DNA of 64,000 bases from Marsupella aquatica (lineage: Eukaryota > Plantae > Marchantiophyta). Position 1 is the stretch's first letter. Every line of letters begins with the position of its first letter. The notes beneath the pieces were generated by a model. That model ran no database searches, was not told where the DNA came from, and saw nothing but the letters and a program-made list of their open reading frames with translations. The stretch is taken from NCBI GenBank assembly GCA_973895155.1, contig OZ316894.1, positions 9,461,440 through 9,525,439 of the forward strand, read 5' to 3'. Positions 49,549-63,113 of the stretch are shown here, one piece after another. The position numbers and the translations under genes are program-made.

Positions 49549-52500
49549 GTGTTGTAACACGGTTTCTCACAAATACTGGCACAACCTGTTGATAACAATG
49601 ATATAGTAGATTTGGTCCTGATTCATGAGAGGTTATTCCCAGAGGACGTGTACTCAATGGTTCTCCAGGTGAGATACTTCAGCAATCCCAATGGGCGCTT
49701 CACACGGGCACGAGAAAAACAGGCAGTCTTATGTTTATTCTAAATCATCACAACTTGGACATATGGGCAAAGTGACTCACGCACTGATCAATCCGTTCTG
49801 CAAATCCCCCACTGGTACAATCCAGTCTCCAAAACAGGCGCAACCAGGATGATCTATTAAATAATAGGGGTGTTGGCATGGTTCACTACTAGGATAGGGA
49901 CAAAATACACCTTTGTTCAAACACCTTTGACTAAGGTGTACTTTGGACTTTGTCCCCACCACTGACTCGAACACATTAGGGACAAAAGTGTCACACTAAC
50001 ACCTTTCACTATGATGTAAAATACATTAGGGACAAAAGTGTCACACTAACACCTTTCACTATGATGTAAAATGTATGATGTGAGGGCCTCTATTCTCTTG
50101 CGGAGACAATCTTACATCTATTATTAATTGTACACTGTATTTTAGAAACATATACAGTTCATTCTAGACATATAGTTTTGGAACTCTGTTATGCCAATAA
50201 AATTCATATAAACTAATTGGCAGATCATTCTAGACATATAGTTTTGGAACTCTGTTATGCCATTAGAATTCATATAAACTAATTGGCAAATCTTTGGTTA
50301 CCTTTCCATGAATGCAAATGACTTTCCGAGGAGGAAAAAGGGCAGAAAATCTGGATGATGTTCAAGAGCTTCCAGAACCTGTGGAGTAGATGAAATCTGC
50401 AGAAATGCAGCGGAAGAAGAAACACCGGGAGTAGGAGGGCCGACGAAGGACAGGCCAAACCCGTCCAACGAAAATGCCCGGTTCAGCCCTGCAACAAATG
50501 GGCTGCCAAACCCAAAATCGATTTTATAAAATGGGAAGGAACTGCAGCAAGTCTGTGACCATAACAATGTATTATCATTCACGAGGGCATCCGCTGTTTC
50601 TCCTATCCTGCAACATCACAGACATAATTGGTATCAATGTCAATATTTGGTAGATGGACAATCCATCCGCTGTGAACATTTAATAAAATCCGATAACAAC
50701 ATGGAATGACATCATTACTAAAATCCAAATTAGGCATCGGACGCCAGCCAGGCTCTCTGCAGATGCAAAAGTGCAAGAAGACACACTCAGTGCCAATAAA
50801 AAATTATTTATTACTCCAGACATATACCCTTCGGGAGAAAGCCATGCTTCGCGACTCGTTGTATTGATCTTGTCACGGATTTTGCTCGCAATGATAGATA
50901 AGGGCATATTCAAAAGTTCGGCACTTGAAATCTTCGGCGCCCTCGTAACTGCAATCATATTTCCTAACAAATTGGGCCGTGGAGGATCAAAGAACTTGGT
51001 TCTCCCATCAACAGCACTCAGCACTCAGCATTCCAATTTCTTTTCCACTAATGATCGAGAAAGGCAGACTTGATAGAGTTTTCCACATGTGAGCGGATAT
51101 GCAATCCATTGTGCTCACGTATGCTCCTTCTGCATTCCTTTTAACTTCCTGTTTGAGAGATGTGATGACTGCTGCGTTGACCTAAGAGACAGAAAAGTAG
51201 AGGACAAATCATTAGTGCTATGCTAATATGTAATTAATTATGAAGAAGGAAAGGATACTACATCAGCTTGCAACATTATGTTGAGTGAGGCACAAGAATG
51301 AATTGCACCCAAGCACGAAACAAGGCATATCTTTCATACCTACCATAACGCTCACAAAACTTGGATAGATGAAGACAGCAACCCTAGCCTGTTTACAAGG
51401 GCTTTACCTCGTAACATTTTGTGTTCCATTTTTGTTCATCAGTCGAAGTGGTAGTCGGCCGGGATCCAGGGCTTGACAACTGTGTCGCTGCTCGATTGTG
51501 GTCCAAAATCATGTCGGTTTTGTCAACTCGAGAGAAGTCAGACCAAGCTGTCATGAAATGCATAAAACTCCGGCCATCCGAGGTCATGTGATTTCAGGTA
51601 ACACCAAGGACCAGGCCCCCACATTTGAAACGTGTGACCTGTTTGAAAGCCAACACCTTTAAATAAGTAAAAACAATTCCATCTTCATTAAGTTAGATCT
51701 AAGAGGTATCTACTCTCTAGGGAGGACAATACATTATTCATTCTTCCCAGGTCAAATCACGAGTTCTCTATAACTAGGATGAAAAATATAGTGACTGTCA
51801 AAAGGGTAATGCAAAACTTAATAAAAGGAGGCTTTGTCACACGACGTATGGGTTGGTAGGGAGTGTGCCAATTATTCCCATAGAGCCTGTCTATCGCACA
51901 CGCGGACCACATTCTGAAGGGCACACAACTGAACAACAGGACAGAACTCACGAGATATAACATGGAAGGTTTCAATCTGGGTGCATTATGAGTAGAAAAC
52001 GAGAATTGGCACTCCTTCTACTGCCCACAGACAGTGATAAGTGTAAAAGTGACAATGTCTAATTTGAACCTTGCCCAAAGTGCCAGTTTCCTTCGTCCCT
52101 GCCATTGTTGCTTTTGTGCTTTAAAAACGTGTGACCAAACAATTACTTGCATATCAAAGGAGGGGGAGCCTCATGCGCTGGAAGACTAACTAGTCCGAAT
52201 CTACTGCTGTGTTATATTCTGTGTCGGAAAAATATAGCAATTACATGCGGATTTTGTCTACTATAATTTGTAATATCAATGCATGTCGTGTAATTCAAAG
52301 AGCGCTCTAAAAGAAAAACACTCATCCGTTCTAAGCTAGCTTTTACAGTCATAGCTCCAGCCAGTGAGAAAATTTCGATGTTCAGGGAGCATTCCCGTAA
52401 ATGCGCGTTTCGATTGCAGACGCGTTAGATAAGATCGCTCTCCACTTCTATTTCAGACCAAAATTTAGGCTAAAAGTGCAAATTCAGCGACGGTATGGTG

Positions 52501-53957
52501 GCTATGAAGGAAGTTGCCCCTGAACTTACTTGGACGAATGCACAAGGGAGTCCATCTGGCAGCATTGGTTGTGTGAAATTCACCCACTGCATGCCAAGAA
52601 CGCTGTAGCCTTGCAGCTCCGGGACAGGTCGGAATTTCGCAGAGAAGCCCACAACTGAGTCCAGATCCTTGTCCACATACGCTTCTATAAACGGAATGCC
52701 CTTATCGTTGCACAGCAGCTGGCGGTCTATACCTCCAGGGATTCCCGCAGGGATTGCAATCCATCGGCCGGCCCATGGGAAGAACGGAACTAGCACCTTC
52801 CGCAGACCTTGTCGAATCCGATTGACCGTCTCCATATACAATGCGTCGGAGTTGTCCGCCAGTCTGTAGGCATAAAGTCCGGGCATGAACCCGTCTCTCA
52901 CAAAATCGTCTACATCCGTTGCGTCGATTTTCTCCACATGCGGCGTTTTCTCGAGCGGCTCGACGGTGGTGAGGACCACATTAGTGAGCAGAAGTGGAGG
53001 GGGCGACTCCGATCCCATGATCAGCTTCCTTGTCGTCGTCACTGTGATGGAATTGACACTAATAACTATACAGCAGCTGGCTGGAGAAACTTTGAGTGAT
53101 GAGTACTGTCAGACCGCAGTATCAGAGGGCAGTTGAAATACTAGTCTGCTGATCGAGGTCGGAAAAGAAGAGCTCCAGCCAGCTTACGTATTCTTGTCTC
53201 CGTGATTATTGGCAGTTGTTGTGTTGACTGTTGGTTCAGTTGTACGTTGTGATGGGTCCCGACACCCCAGAGAGTGAGATCGGAAAGGAAGACCTCCAGT
53301 CTGATGATTGTCTGATGCTCGATGAGCTTAAATGCTACTTATTCTGGTTCACTCATAGAGTGCCCGTCCGTTAACTTAACTGCAGGGCATATTTTGTTTT
53401 AAGGACCTTCTAGTAAATGCAAGACGGCACTAATTATAAGGGCCGCATTTCTCAGACGCGAGGCCTGGAGGGAGTGACGGGGCTGCGGGGGGAGTGGGGG
53501 GCCTGGCCTACGCACCAACTCGGCCTGCCGTCCCGGCCTCACCGCCGTGACAGTATCGCTGGGTACTGATGTGGCTACCGACCCAACAACCAGTCCTGTA
53601 CCGAGGATACGACCAACGAACACGGGGGGCGGGGAGGGGAGGGGGGACGGGCAGGGGGGCGGGCTGGGCACCAGCTCGGGTTTGTGTAGGTGGAGCGTGG
53701 AGTTCTGGTGGGACCTGAGTAGTGGTCGTCCTGGAACTTATAGCAGGACCTTGACCAAAGTCTGGGTGGGGTTAATAGGCTGTGGTAGGTAGGCTGTCAA
53801 CCTGGGTTTGGAATGTAAGAGCAAATTGACCGGCTGCTGGTTTATAAGGATGTAAACCCAGGGTTTTGAATTTACACTGCCTTTCAAAGGGGGAAGTGTA
53901 GAAGACTTTCCACATTAATTTCTTTCCCATTTTGCTCATTCTTCATTATGGTGCCAC
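49549..53957 (-). repeat. Right arm of the inverted segmental duplication
   Basis: Reverse-complement match to 2154-7703, lacking the segments ~5935-6965 and ~7147-7456. Confidence 0.92.
50298..53018 (-). pseudogene. BAHD acyltransferase, copy B, disabled. Exons ~53018-52530, 51638-51408, 51181-~50828, ~50607-50298
   Basis: Same motifs as copy A (HMTSDG, IDFGFG). Nonsense TGC to TGA immediately before HXXXD (~51595) and a 7-nt GCTGAGT duplication causing a frameshift (~51020). Confidence 0.88.
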
Positions 53958-54628
53958 GCGGTCAAAGCTTCAATTTAGAGGAGCAGCGCCGGCATTTTTC
54001 AGTCAACTAGTGTTCAAACCGTTATTCACCTGCGGATATCAGGGGCGTCACCAATTGAGAAAGAAACAAACTACGTGATGATTATGAATTTGCATGAATG
54101 GTATGCCCTTCATTATGTAGGATAATTTGTGTTCGTTGTCTTCCTGGGTAGGAGAACTTTTCTTCGTTCCGTTCACAGAACGTCGCTGTAATTGTAGAAC
54201 TAGTCAGAGGGAACTACTCGGTTTTGCTCTGAACCAGATATGAGAGGAATCTATGAGAGGGAAAGCAATATTTAAGAGGCCAATGAGACAGATGTGTTCC
54301 GCTACTATGTATAGAGTAGTCATGCATCTAGTGTAACTAATGCTTGAGCAGGGAAGACTGGCAACTAGATTTGAGACTTCAGCTTCACCCCGTCTACAGT
54401 AATTCGCCGCCAATCCCGCTTTCAAAGTTTCGTCAGCCCAGATGCTCCAAAGGATGCAATGACTATTCATTAGCCTCCAATTTCATTTTGGAGCTGCTCA
54501 TGATAAATTCATTTGTCTATCGAGCCGAAGTTTACTCTCTTCTCAGATTTTCCACTCCTGGCGTAGTAGGGGACTCTAAACCGCAAAATAGTTGCTCGTC
54601 ATTTGCTGTGCCAGGGCTGTTCCTCCAG

Positions 54629-54805
54629 TAAAATATCACATCAGATTTCACAGGCCAGGAGCATGTAACCCTTTCCCACTTCCGAATAAAATATCACATC
54701 AGATGCACAGGCCAGGAGCATGCAACCCATTTCCCACTTTAGAATAAACTATCACGTCAGATTCACAGGGCAGGACGATGTAACCCAAATTCCACTTCAG
54801 AGTAA
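54629..54805. repeat. ~58-bp tandem repeat, 3 copies
   Basis: TAAAATATCACATCAGAT..CACAGGCCAGGAGCATG.AACCC.TTCCCACTT repeated. Confidence 0.85.
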
Positions 54806-57299
54806 ACATGTTCTATTAGGACTTTGAAGTGCAAATATAGGAAATGTTTTAGTCTTAATGGTTTGTATAATCTCGTCTATGAATAACGTCTCGAAAAAGA
54901 ACAAAAAATGGTATTGTAGATGTAGGTGCTATAGTAAACTCTTCGTAGTCTATTCTGAAAGTTCGTCTTTGGGGTACTCGTTTGGCTTTCACGCTCTCGC
55001 AGAAATCAATTTCACACTGAAGTCCTATACCTTCTTTTGCAGTGCTTCGTCAACAGCGTAATTTTGTTTCAGTTCAGCCTCCTTGCCATTATCACAGTAT
55101 TTACTTGTGTTTCTTTCACATCAGGGCTTGTGACAAGGTAATTCTGGAGATATGCACCCTGCATTCAAACCAAAGCAAACATTTCAGAACAGAACAACTC
55201 CCCTTGTTGGCAGCACGATCTACCCTTTACAAATGTGTACCCAAAGCAAGCAAGACAATAGAGTACCTAGGTGCTACGTAGGTGATAATAATTGGGAGTG
55301 GACACCTAGCAAGTACAAGTTTAAAATAGCAAAAACATTTTGTCACATATAAATATTCAATAGTATACTCAAACATTACATGCTACCACATTTGTATTAT
55401 TGGAAGGAAGTACATCTATAATTAGTAATACTCTCCAAATATGAGTCTCTTAAAGCCCGGATGGACCTGCATGAAGCCCTCATGGATAAACCAAACCTGC
55501 ATTGACTTGACTAAACATAGAAATATGCTTACATATTGTTTTTTACACTTCTGTCCAAAAAATACACTGTAAGCAACGAAATCATCACTTCTGTCCCAAT
55601 ATTTTCTTCCTTGTGAGTAAACTCTGTCACCCTTTTTGTCTATAAAGATACATTGACAGAGGTCAAAGCACTTTAATTGAAGGTTGCGCTTCGTCCTTCC
55701 AACTCTTTCCCCTCCACACAGTTATTCTAACCAATTTTTTAGAGTTTACTAAAAAAGATAAAATGTGAAGCACATTTAGGTAGTTATATAAATACTTTAT
55801 CTAACCTTCATGGGAGATGACATTTTCAGTAGATTGAGTGCTTCACATTTTACTCACACGGCCTCAAGTAAATTCGCTCAATGATAAAAACCAAATTTAA
55901 TTTACTCAAAAATATATATTTTTATGTAGCCCTGCAAAAAGGGGGACAAAAGTAGCACAATAACTCATGAACTAAGGAAACAATTCCCACCACGGAGGTT
56001 AGGGGGTCAAGTCTAAAGCCCAAATAAGCTCAATTTCTCATAAATAAATTATAATTGTTCTACCTATTTTCTTGAGATTCTAGGGCATTGATACTTTAGG
56101 GAATGACTATATGACTTCCATAAATGTTTTTACATAATGTTGTTTTTTATAGAGCATTGCTCTCGTTACCAGGACTCATTATGGAGCCAAGGAAATTCCA
56201 ATTTGCATAAGCATTGTTGTGGAATACTATTTTCAGAGACCATTGTTCTTGTTATACATAGTGTTTTTATTAATTTATTGCTATAGAGCTACTTGAGAAA
56301 AAAAATTTGGGGGGAGTATTGTGCATGAATTCAAGTTTTCAGAGAGCACTACTGAAATTTTTTAGAGAAAAACTACAAGTGATTTTTTGGAAACAAATCT
56401 ACCAAAAATCATACTTTTCATACAGCGCTGCTCTTGTTACAAAGAGCGCTTTGAGTACTTTGCCACTGCAGAGCTACAGAAAATTTTAAATGTGCATCTT
56501 CACTCGATTTCATTTACATTCTCAATTTGGCATTGAGGTGAGCACATAATGGTCTTAGATTGATATAAATGTAGGTGAACAATTAATGAGAGAATTTTAT
56601 CATCCATTTGGAGTTGAATTATCTCATGATTAGGTGTAAAATGGTATGTCCCCTGTCACAGTCCATGGGGATAACCAGGGCAAACTTGCCAGCCCATCCA
56701 AGCTTTTGTTTCATAATTTCCAACAATATATTTATTAGTGGGAAGGGAATTTGTACAATTTTGTTTTTTATTATTTTTTAAAAAGCTAAAAAAAAAAAAA
56801 ATTGTTTTTAATGTATCTTTGAGGTAATGAAAGGGGAAGGAGCTTCTCCCATATACCCTATCCCACCAAAAATATGGGATAGTTCTTTTCTAACTCATAA
56901 AAATTGGGAATAGATATTGAACCTTTATCAAAACATTGCTTTATACACCATCAGATCTATCCATACACACCATTTAAAATAAATCCCTGCCCAAGCTACA
57001 ATTTAGCCTCTCTGCACCTACCCAACATAAAAACTTAATCTTAAATAATCAGTTGTATTTATATCTAGAAAAATGGGGAAAAACTCTGATTTTTTTTAAT
57101 GGATTGTAAATAAAATATAGAAAATTCTTATTTCTCTAGAAAACTTTTCCTGTCACTTGGTTAGACTCTATGACGCACTGATCGCTATCTCATGTCTCCA
57201 GTTTTTATGTGCAACACAAGTTAAACACAACCACAACAAATGTATGGCTTGGATTATGCACAACATACCTTAACAACTACATGGCACAGCTCTTTTATA

Positions 57300-58010
57300 T
57301 GCCTCACCTTAGCATCTATTCTCACCTTCGCAAATTTTTTTTAATCTTTACATATTTATTGCTCTTCGACATGTTTTCCTTGCCTTGACATATGTTTCTC
57401 ATTTTGTCAGGTTTTTCTCACATTCACATCTTTACCTCACCATGACATTTTTCCTCACTTGATATCTTTTCTCCCCTCGACATCTTTTCTCTCCTGGGGT
57501 TTTTATCTCGCCTTGACATCTTTTCCTCACCTCAACAACTTTTTCTTATATCACCATATTTTTCTCATCTTGACATTTTTTTCTCTAGCTCCTCAACATA
57601 TTGTCTTCATTTTCATATATTTCTCACCTCGACCTCTCTTTCTCACCTCAATGTCTTTTTCTCTCATCAACATCTTTTTTCATGTTGACACCTTTTCCTT
57701 ACCTTGACATCTTTTTCTCACCTTGATATCTTATCTTTTTCATATATTGCCATCCTTTTCTCACCTTGATATCTTATCTTTTTCATATATTGTCATCCTT
57801 TTCTCACCTTGATATCTTATTTTTTTCATTTATTGCCATCCTTTTCTCACCTTGACATCTTTATCTCCCGGCTCACGACATCTTTCCCTCACCCATGCCA
57901 TTTGTTTTTCTCTCGGACTCAACATCTTTACATATTTTCTTCAGTTTGCTATCATTTCTCTCCTCAACATCTTTTTCTCACCTGAATTTCTTTTTATCAC
58001 CTTGACATCT
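57300..58010. repeat. Pyrimidine-rich degenerate minisatellite with a ~43-bp higher-order triplication at ~57712-57860
   Basis: Recurrent TTTCTCACCTTGA(C/T)ATC motif. Confidence 0.75.
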
Positions 58011-58849
58011 TGCCATTCCATTGCACTCTCTAAACAAAGATATTGTACTAAGTGAGGAAAAAGCATTTCAGTCAACAAATATCTTTGTTTCGAGATTTTG
58101 TATGTACTTGAAACTCAACTATGAGCGTCCAGTCGAATCAAATTAGATGCATAATTCCACATCACGCGACTCTTATAGTACGTGGATTTCAATGAAAATG
58201 TCAAGCTCGAATCCTTGCTTGATTCAAAATGTTACATAAAGATCCTTATGCTCTAACCACGTAGGAGAGGAGTTGTAAAGTTAATCCTCACTGTTCTATC
58301 GAAACAAATTAAACATTTACGATCACCACTCACTACAAGTCTTGGTAGGTTCATTCTCAGAGTGACCTTGTCCCTCCAGCCAGTTACTCCATTAGAGTTC
58401 AGTAAAGTTCTAGGTCACCAGTTACTCCATCAGAGTTCAGTAAAGTTCCAGATCACCACTCATTGCATGTTTTGGTAGGTTCATTCTCACAGTACGTGAT
58501 CATGTCTCTGGAGCCAGTCACTCCATTAGGGTCTCAAACCTCAAAGTTTGATGACCATTATGGACAAAAAAGTTATAGAACACCAAATTCATAATCCATA
58601 GCTCTTTGCCCTAAAGATCATGTCGTGACATATAGTATCGTAGCCATAGTGTATCAAAAACATACAAGTCACCGACAATGCATATGTGCAAGCTGCTAGC
58701 AACCAACATGCATAGAAAAAGTCCAATCACATTCACAAGTGCCAAGAAAAAGCAAATGAAGTGGTATGTACGTAGTGGAGGTGTAAACCTCTGTATCCCC
58801 CCCAGACCACAGCCAAAAGGAGGGCTGAAGAAAATTCAGGTAGCACGTG

Positions 58850-58990
58850 GAGCACAAGAAGGGCAAAACCATAACCCTTCTAGCACCTAGGTAAGTTCAG
58901 GCCGAAGGCAGAAAAGATGGTACCCTCCATTGCAATTGTCACACAGCAGCATCTGGTCAGCATCATCAATTCGCAAACACACTTTGCAAG
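58850..58990 (-). other. PHD finger at the integrase C-terminus
   Basis: CKVC..DDADQMLLCDNCNGGYHLFCLRPELT*VLEGLWFCPSC gives C4-H-C3, read through one TAG; the ORF ends APRAT* at 58836. Confidence 0.9.
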
Positions 58991-61900
58991 GGTAGTCCAC
59001 AGGTGGAATCCAGGTAGAAGTCACAATGGTGGGATCCAGGTTAGGCAGACGACAAGGGGCGCAATTCTTGGCATTGTCAGCAATTGTGCGCCCATCTGCC
59101 CCTTGTAACTCTAGCACTCCAGACGGTCGAATAGCTTTAACCCTGAGAATAGTACGACTGGTAGAGGTGTCCAGGGTGTCGTTAGCTTGCCGTTGCAAGT
59201 ACACAAAATCTCCCACTTCAAACTTCCTGACCTTGGGCTGAAAAGTGCCCCCTCGTGTGTGTGCATAACGCAGTGTGTCCCTGTGCTGTGCGATGGCCAA
59301 ATTCCATGGCCATGGGCATAACCCTCCTGAATAGGGCAGCCTTCTCAGAGATCACATCAGACCAAGTCACAGCTCAATCCAAGTCTACCACTTGAAGCAT
59401 GTAAGCAGCAATAGCAGAAGGTGTAATTGGGTGACGACCAAACAACAAGAAGTAGGGAGAAAAGTTAGACAGTGATGCATGTCTGGACATCCTATACCCC
59501 ATGGCAATGTAGGGTAAGGCCAGGTCCCAATCCTCCTTGTTTTTGGTGAGGCAAATCTTCCGGAGACCCTTCTTGCATGTCTGAACCATGCGCTCTGCCA
59601 AGCCATCTGCCTGTGGGTGATCTCGTGATGTTCGGCGATGATCAATGAGGGCCTAATCAAGCAGCTCCTGGAACTCTCCTCTAAACTCTGAGCCCTGGTC
59701 AGTGAGACATTCTGCACAAGCTCCAAAGCGACTGAGAACTTGTTGCAGGAATGCCTGGCTGGTGCTACGGGAGGTCTTTATCTGGCAATGCCACAAGTTC
59801 TATCCACTTGGAGAAATGCTCTATCATGATCATGATGTAGAGATTACCCCAAGACGTGAGGGGTAATTCTCCAGCCAAATCACATGACCAGCGATAAAAC
59901 ATGCCCTGAATAGGGAGTGGATGAAGTTAAGTGTGGGTTGTCGAGATGTGAAAGAAGTCCTCACCCTATCACACTGTTCACACCGGGCAATAACATCTCG
60001 AACCTAGCCATGCATGCCTCTCCAATGATAATGAGGGACCAAGAGGCTGTAAGTCCTCTTAACGCCAAAATGACCACGCTCATAATGTACTTTACGGATA
60101 AGGCCAACCCTCTCATAAATGGGTGGAACCACCACTTCCCTGTCTGGCAAGCAGCGCACGAGATGATCTCCCTTCCACAAGTAACGCTTGGACCTTTGCT
60201 GAATTCGGTCTCTCTGGGCAGCAGTAACATGTATGGGGTACTCCCCATGCTACAGAAATCTTAGAGTGTCGCTGTCCTCCCATAGTCCACCACAGGTTGG
60301 TCAACAACATAGCATGGCAGCAAAGCAAGATAGGTCGATGCATGAAATGTAGGCAGGATGGAAACCTGGTCAAAATCTTGCCGTGCATCTGAGGAATCAT
60401 CAGAGGTAATCAAAGGGCTGTGGGACATAGTGTCAGCATTCTGATGTGTCACACCAGGCCTATGAATTACCTCAAAATCATACTCCTGGAGTATGAGGGC
60501 CCAACGAGCAAGCTTGCCAGTAAGCTTGTCGTTGGTCATCAACCACTTCAAGGGCTGGTGGTCGGTGTAGAGAACAAACCTGGTCCCATAGAGGTAGGGC
60601 CTATAATGTATGACAGCCCACACAACAGCAAGGCATTCACCCTCATAAGAAGAATAATGACTCTCTGCCTGATTGTTGCTCCTGGATGCATAGGCAATGA
60701 CGTACTCTTTACCTTCCTCATCATGCTGGCCCAGAATGGCACCAATCCCAAGGGCACTCCAATCTGTGTGTAGCACAGAGACCTTGCTGAAATCAGGTCT
60801 TCTCAGCATCGGGTATTCTGAGAGCTTCTCCTTCAAAGTGGCAAATGCTGCCTCAGCATCTGTACTCCATGTCCGAGTCACATTCTTTTTCAACAAAGCA
60901 TACAATGGGTGTGCAATGGTATTGAAATCTTTGATGTAGATCCGGTAGTAATTGCACAACCCAATAAAACTCCTCAAAGTGTGAACATCGATAGGAGTGG
61001 GCATTTCCAAGATGGATACCACCTTGGCCCAGTGAGCCATGGTTCCATTTGGAAGAATGCGGTGCCCAAGGTATACTACTGATCTGACAGCAAATTCACA
61101 CTTCTTGGGGTGTATCTTTAGGTTCACCTTCTTAAGCCTCATGAATAGCTCCTCAAGGTCAAGTAGATGTTGGTCAAATCCTTTGTTGTGGACCAACACA
61201 TCATCAATGTAGCATTTCAGAAACTCAGCACCTTGAAGAACCTGGTCCATGACTCTTTGAAAGAATATGGGCGCATTCTTCAAGCCAAATGGCATCACCA
61301 ACCACTCCCATAGTTGGTTACTACCATGGAAAGTTGTTTTCTTGCGGTCCTTTGCAAGCAACAAAATCTGGTTAAAGCCTTGCCTTAGATCCACAAGAGT
61401 GAAGATGTCTGAGTCTCCAATGCTGTCAAATAGCTCCTCTGGCCGTGGCATGGGGTACCTGTCCTGGGGTGTGACCAGGTTCAATGGCCTATAGTCCCCA
61501 CACATGCGCTTCTCTGTCCACAATCCACTAGAATCCTTCTTTGCTGGCATCATTGTAGCTGCTGCAAAATCTGATGTACATGGCTGAATAAGACCAGCTT
61601 CATAGAGCTCTTGGCATCTCTCATCCACCAGCTGCCACTCATGCTTACTCAAACGATGTCTCCGCCTGAAGATAGGTGTTTCATCAACCAACTCAATGGA
61701 GAACTGCATAGTCTTGCACTTACCCAAGTCCTTCATAGAGAAAGCAAACACATTCTCATGCTTGAGGAGCAAATTCAGCAGCTGGTCCTTCTGTCTTTTA
61801 CTCAGGTGGTTGCCCATGATGAATGTGTAGTTGGCAACACTAGGAATAGGACCTGATGTACTCGTGCTTGAAGAGCCAGAAGTGCCAGCCTCTCCACTGT

Positions 61901-62174
61901 CCAAGCTGCTAGCATGCTGCTGATAAGGTGATGAGGCCTCTCCAAGGCCTGCTGTATCTGTTGCTCTGGTCTGATCCACACCATGAAACTCAGAAATAAT
62001 GTCAGCCACATTACAAGGGACCTCCTCCCCCCCAACACTTGGACTGAAGTGGTGAGTGTTGGACAGAGGTAAGTGCACCTGGTCTGGATGCCATGTAGCA
62101 GCACCATGGAGTGGTAGGGCTGGAACTCCTGATGCTAGATGAATGTACATCTGAAAAAGGATGCAAGTGACCAA

Positions 62175-63113
62175 AAGCCAAGTGAGAGCATTAAGATCCA
62201 TTACCCTGCCAAGTAAAGCATTCCTGGCCAGCCTGGTGATTTTGGTGTGACCTGTAGTACTGGGTTGGAAGCCCATAGCCCGTTCTCTCTCCTCATGACT
62301 AGGTTCATCCCATGTACCGGTAGAATGTCGATAAACCAGGCCAGGACCATCAGTGCCCTGAAAATCATGTGCACCTGGAAAGGACACAAATATAGGCCAA
62401 GCAGCACGGGGCTGTCCAATGGTATTGGCTGGATACCAAGGTGCTGGCTCTTGCCGTGTAACTGGTTGGCAAGAACTGTCAGGATCCAAAATCTGGTCCA
62501 CTGTGAGGTTAGTGTCCCTGGATGTGTGGTGAAGAGCTAACTCCAACAAGGAAGGTGGTGCAAGGTTAGTCCAAAAGTTACGAAGACGATGTGCATAAGA
62601 ACCACAGTGCACTGCATCAATGAGAAGGGGTGGTCCCAAGTAGTGTTGGAGCACACTGAAATCCTCTTTGACCTGTGGACGCTGGTCAAACTGAGATGGA
62701 GTATTCTCAATGATATAACCAACAGCAGGATAAAGGGATTGAGCCCAGGTGAGAATCTGAACCAATGCTGTGAAAAGGCCAGAACAAGAATCATGCAGTC
62801 CAGCACCATGACCAGCAGCTGAAAACCCTTGGCATTCCCAACCAGCTATGATCAAATCAAGGGAGCCAAGAAGGGTTAAGTGCCGGTGCTAGACAAGCTG
62901 GATATCTGGAGGAAAGAAAGAAAATGCAGACTTCCATGCACTATGTGGAAACTGCTGAGGAAATCGCTCTGAAAATTCCAGCAGACGGGATTCAGCCACT
63001 TGCCTTGCACCTGGATCAATATCCACATAGATGTAGTGCTTCACCACCATGCCAGACTGTAGGAGAGCTTCCAGGCCTATAGAAATGCCACCAAAAAGCT
63101 CAAGCAATGTAAG
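62175..63113 (-). other. DNMT3-like C5-cytosine DNA methyltransferase domain embedded in gypsy pol
   Basis: Motif I LLELFGGISIG, II YIYVDID, IV DLIIAGWECQGFS, VI YIIENT, VIII LIDAVHCGSYAHRLRNFWTNL, IX EERERAMGF and X RLARNALLGR, all in canonical order. Confidence 0.9.

Noticed and set aside
58320-58810. 3' LTR/PPT of the gypsy element
   Set aside because: A G-run at ~58797-58803 (minus strand) and short local repeats exist, but no TG..CA boundary can be defined without the 5' LTR, which is outside the window.
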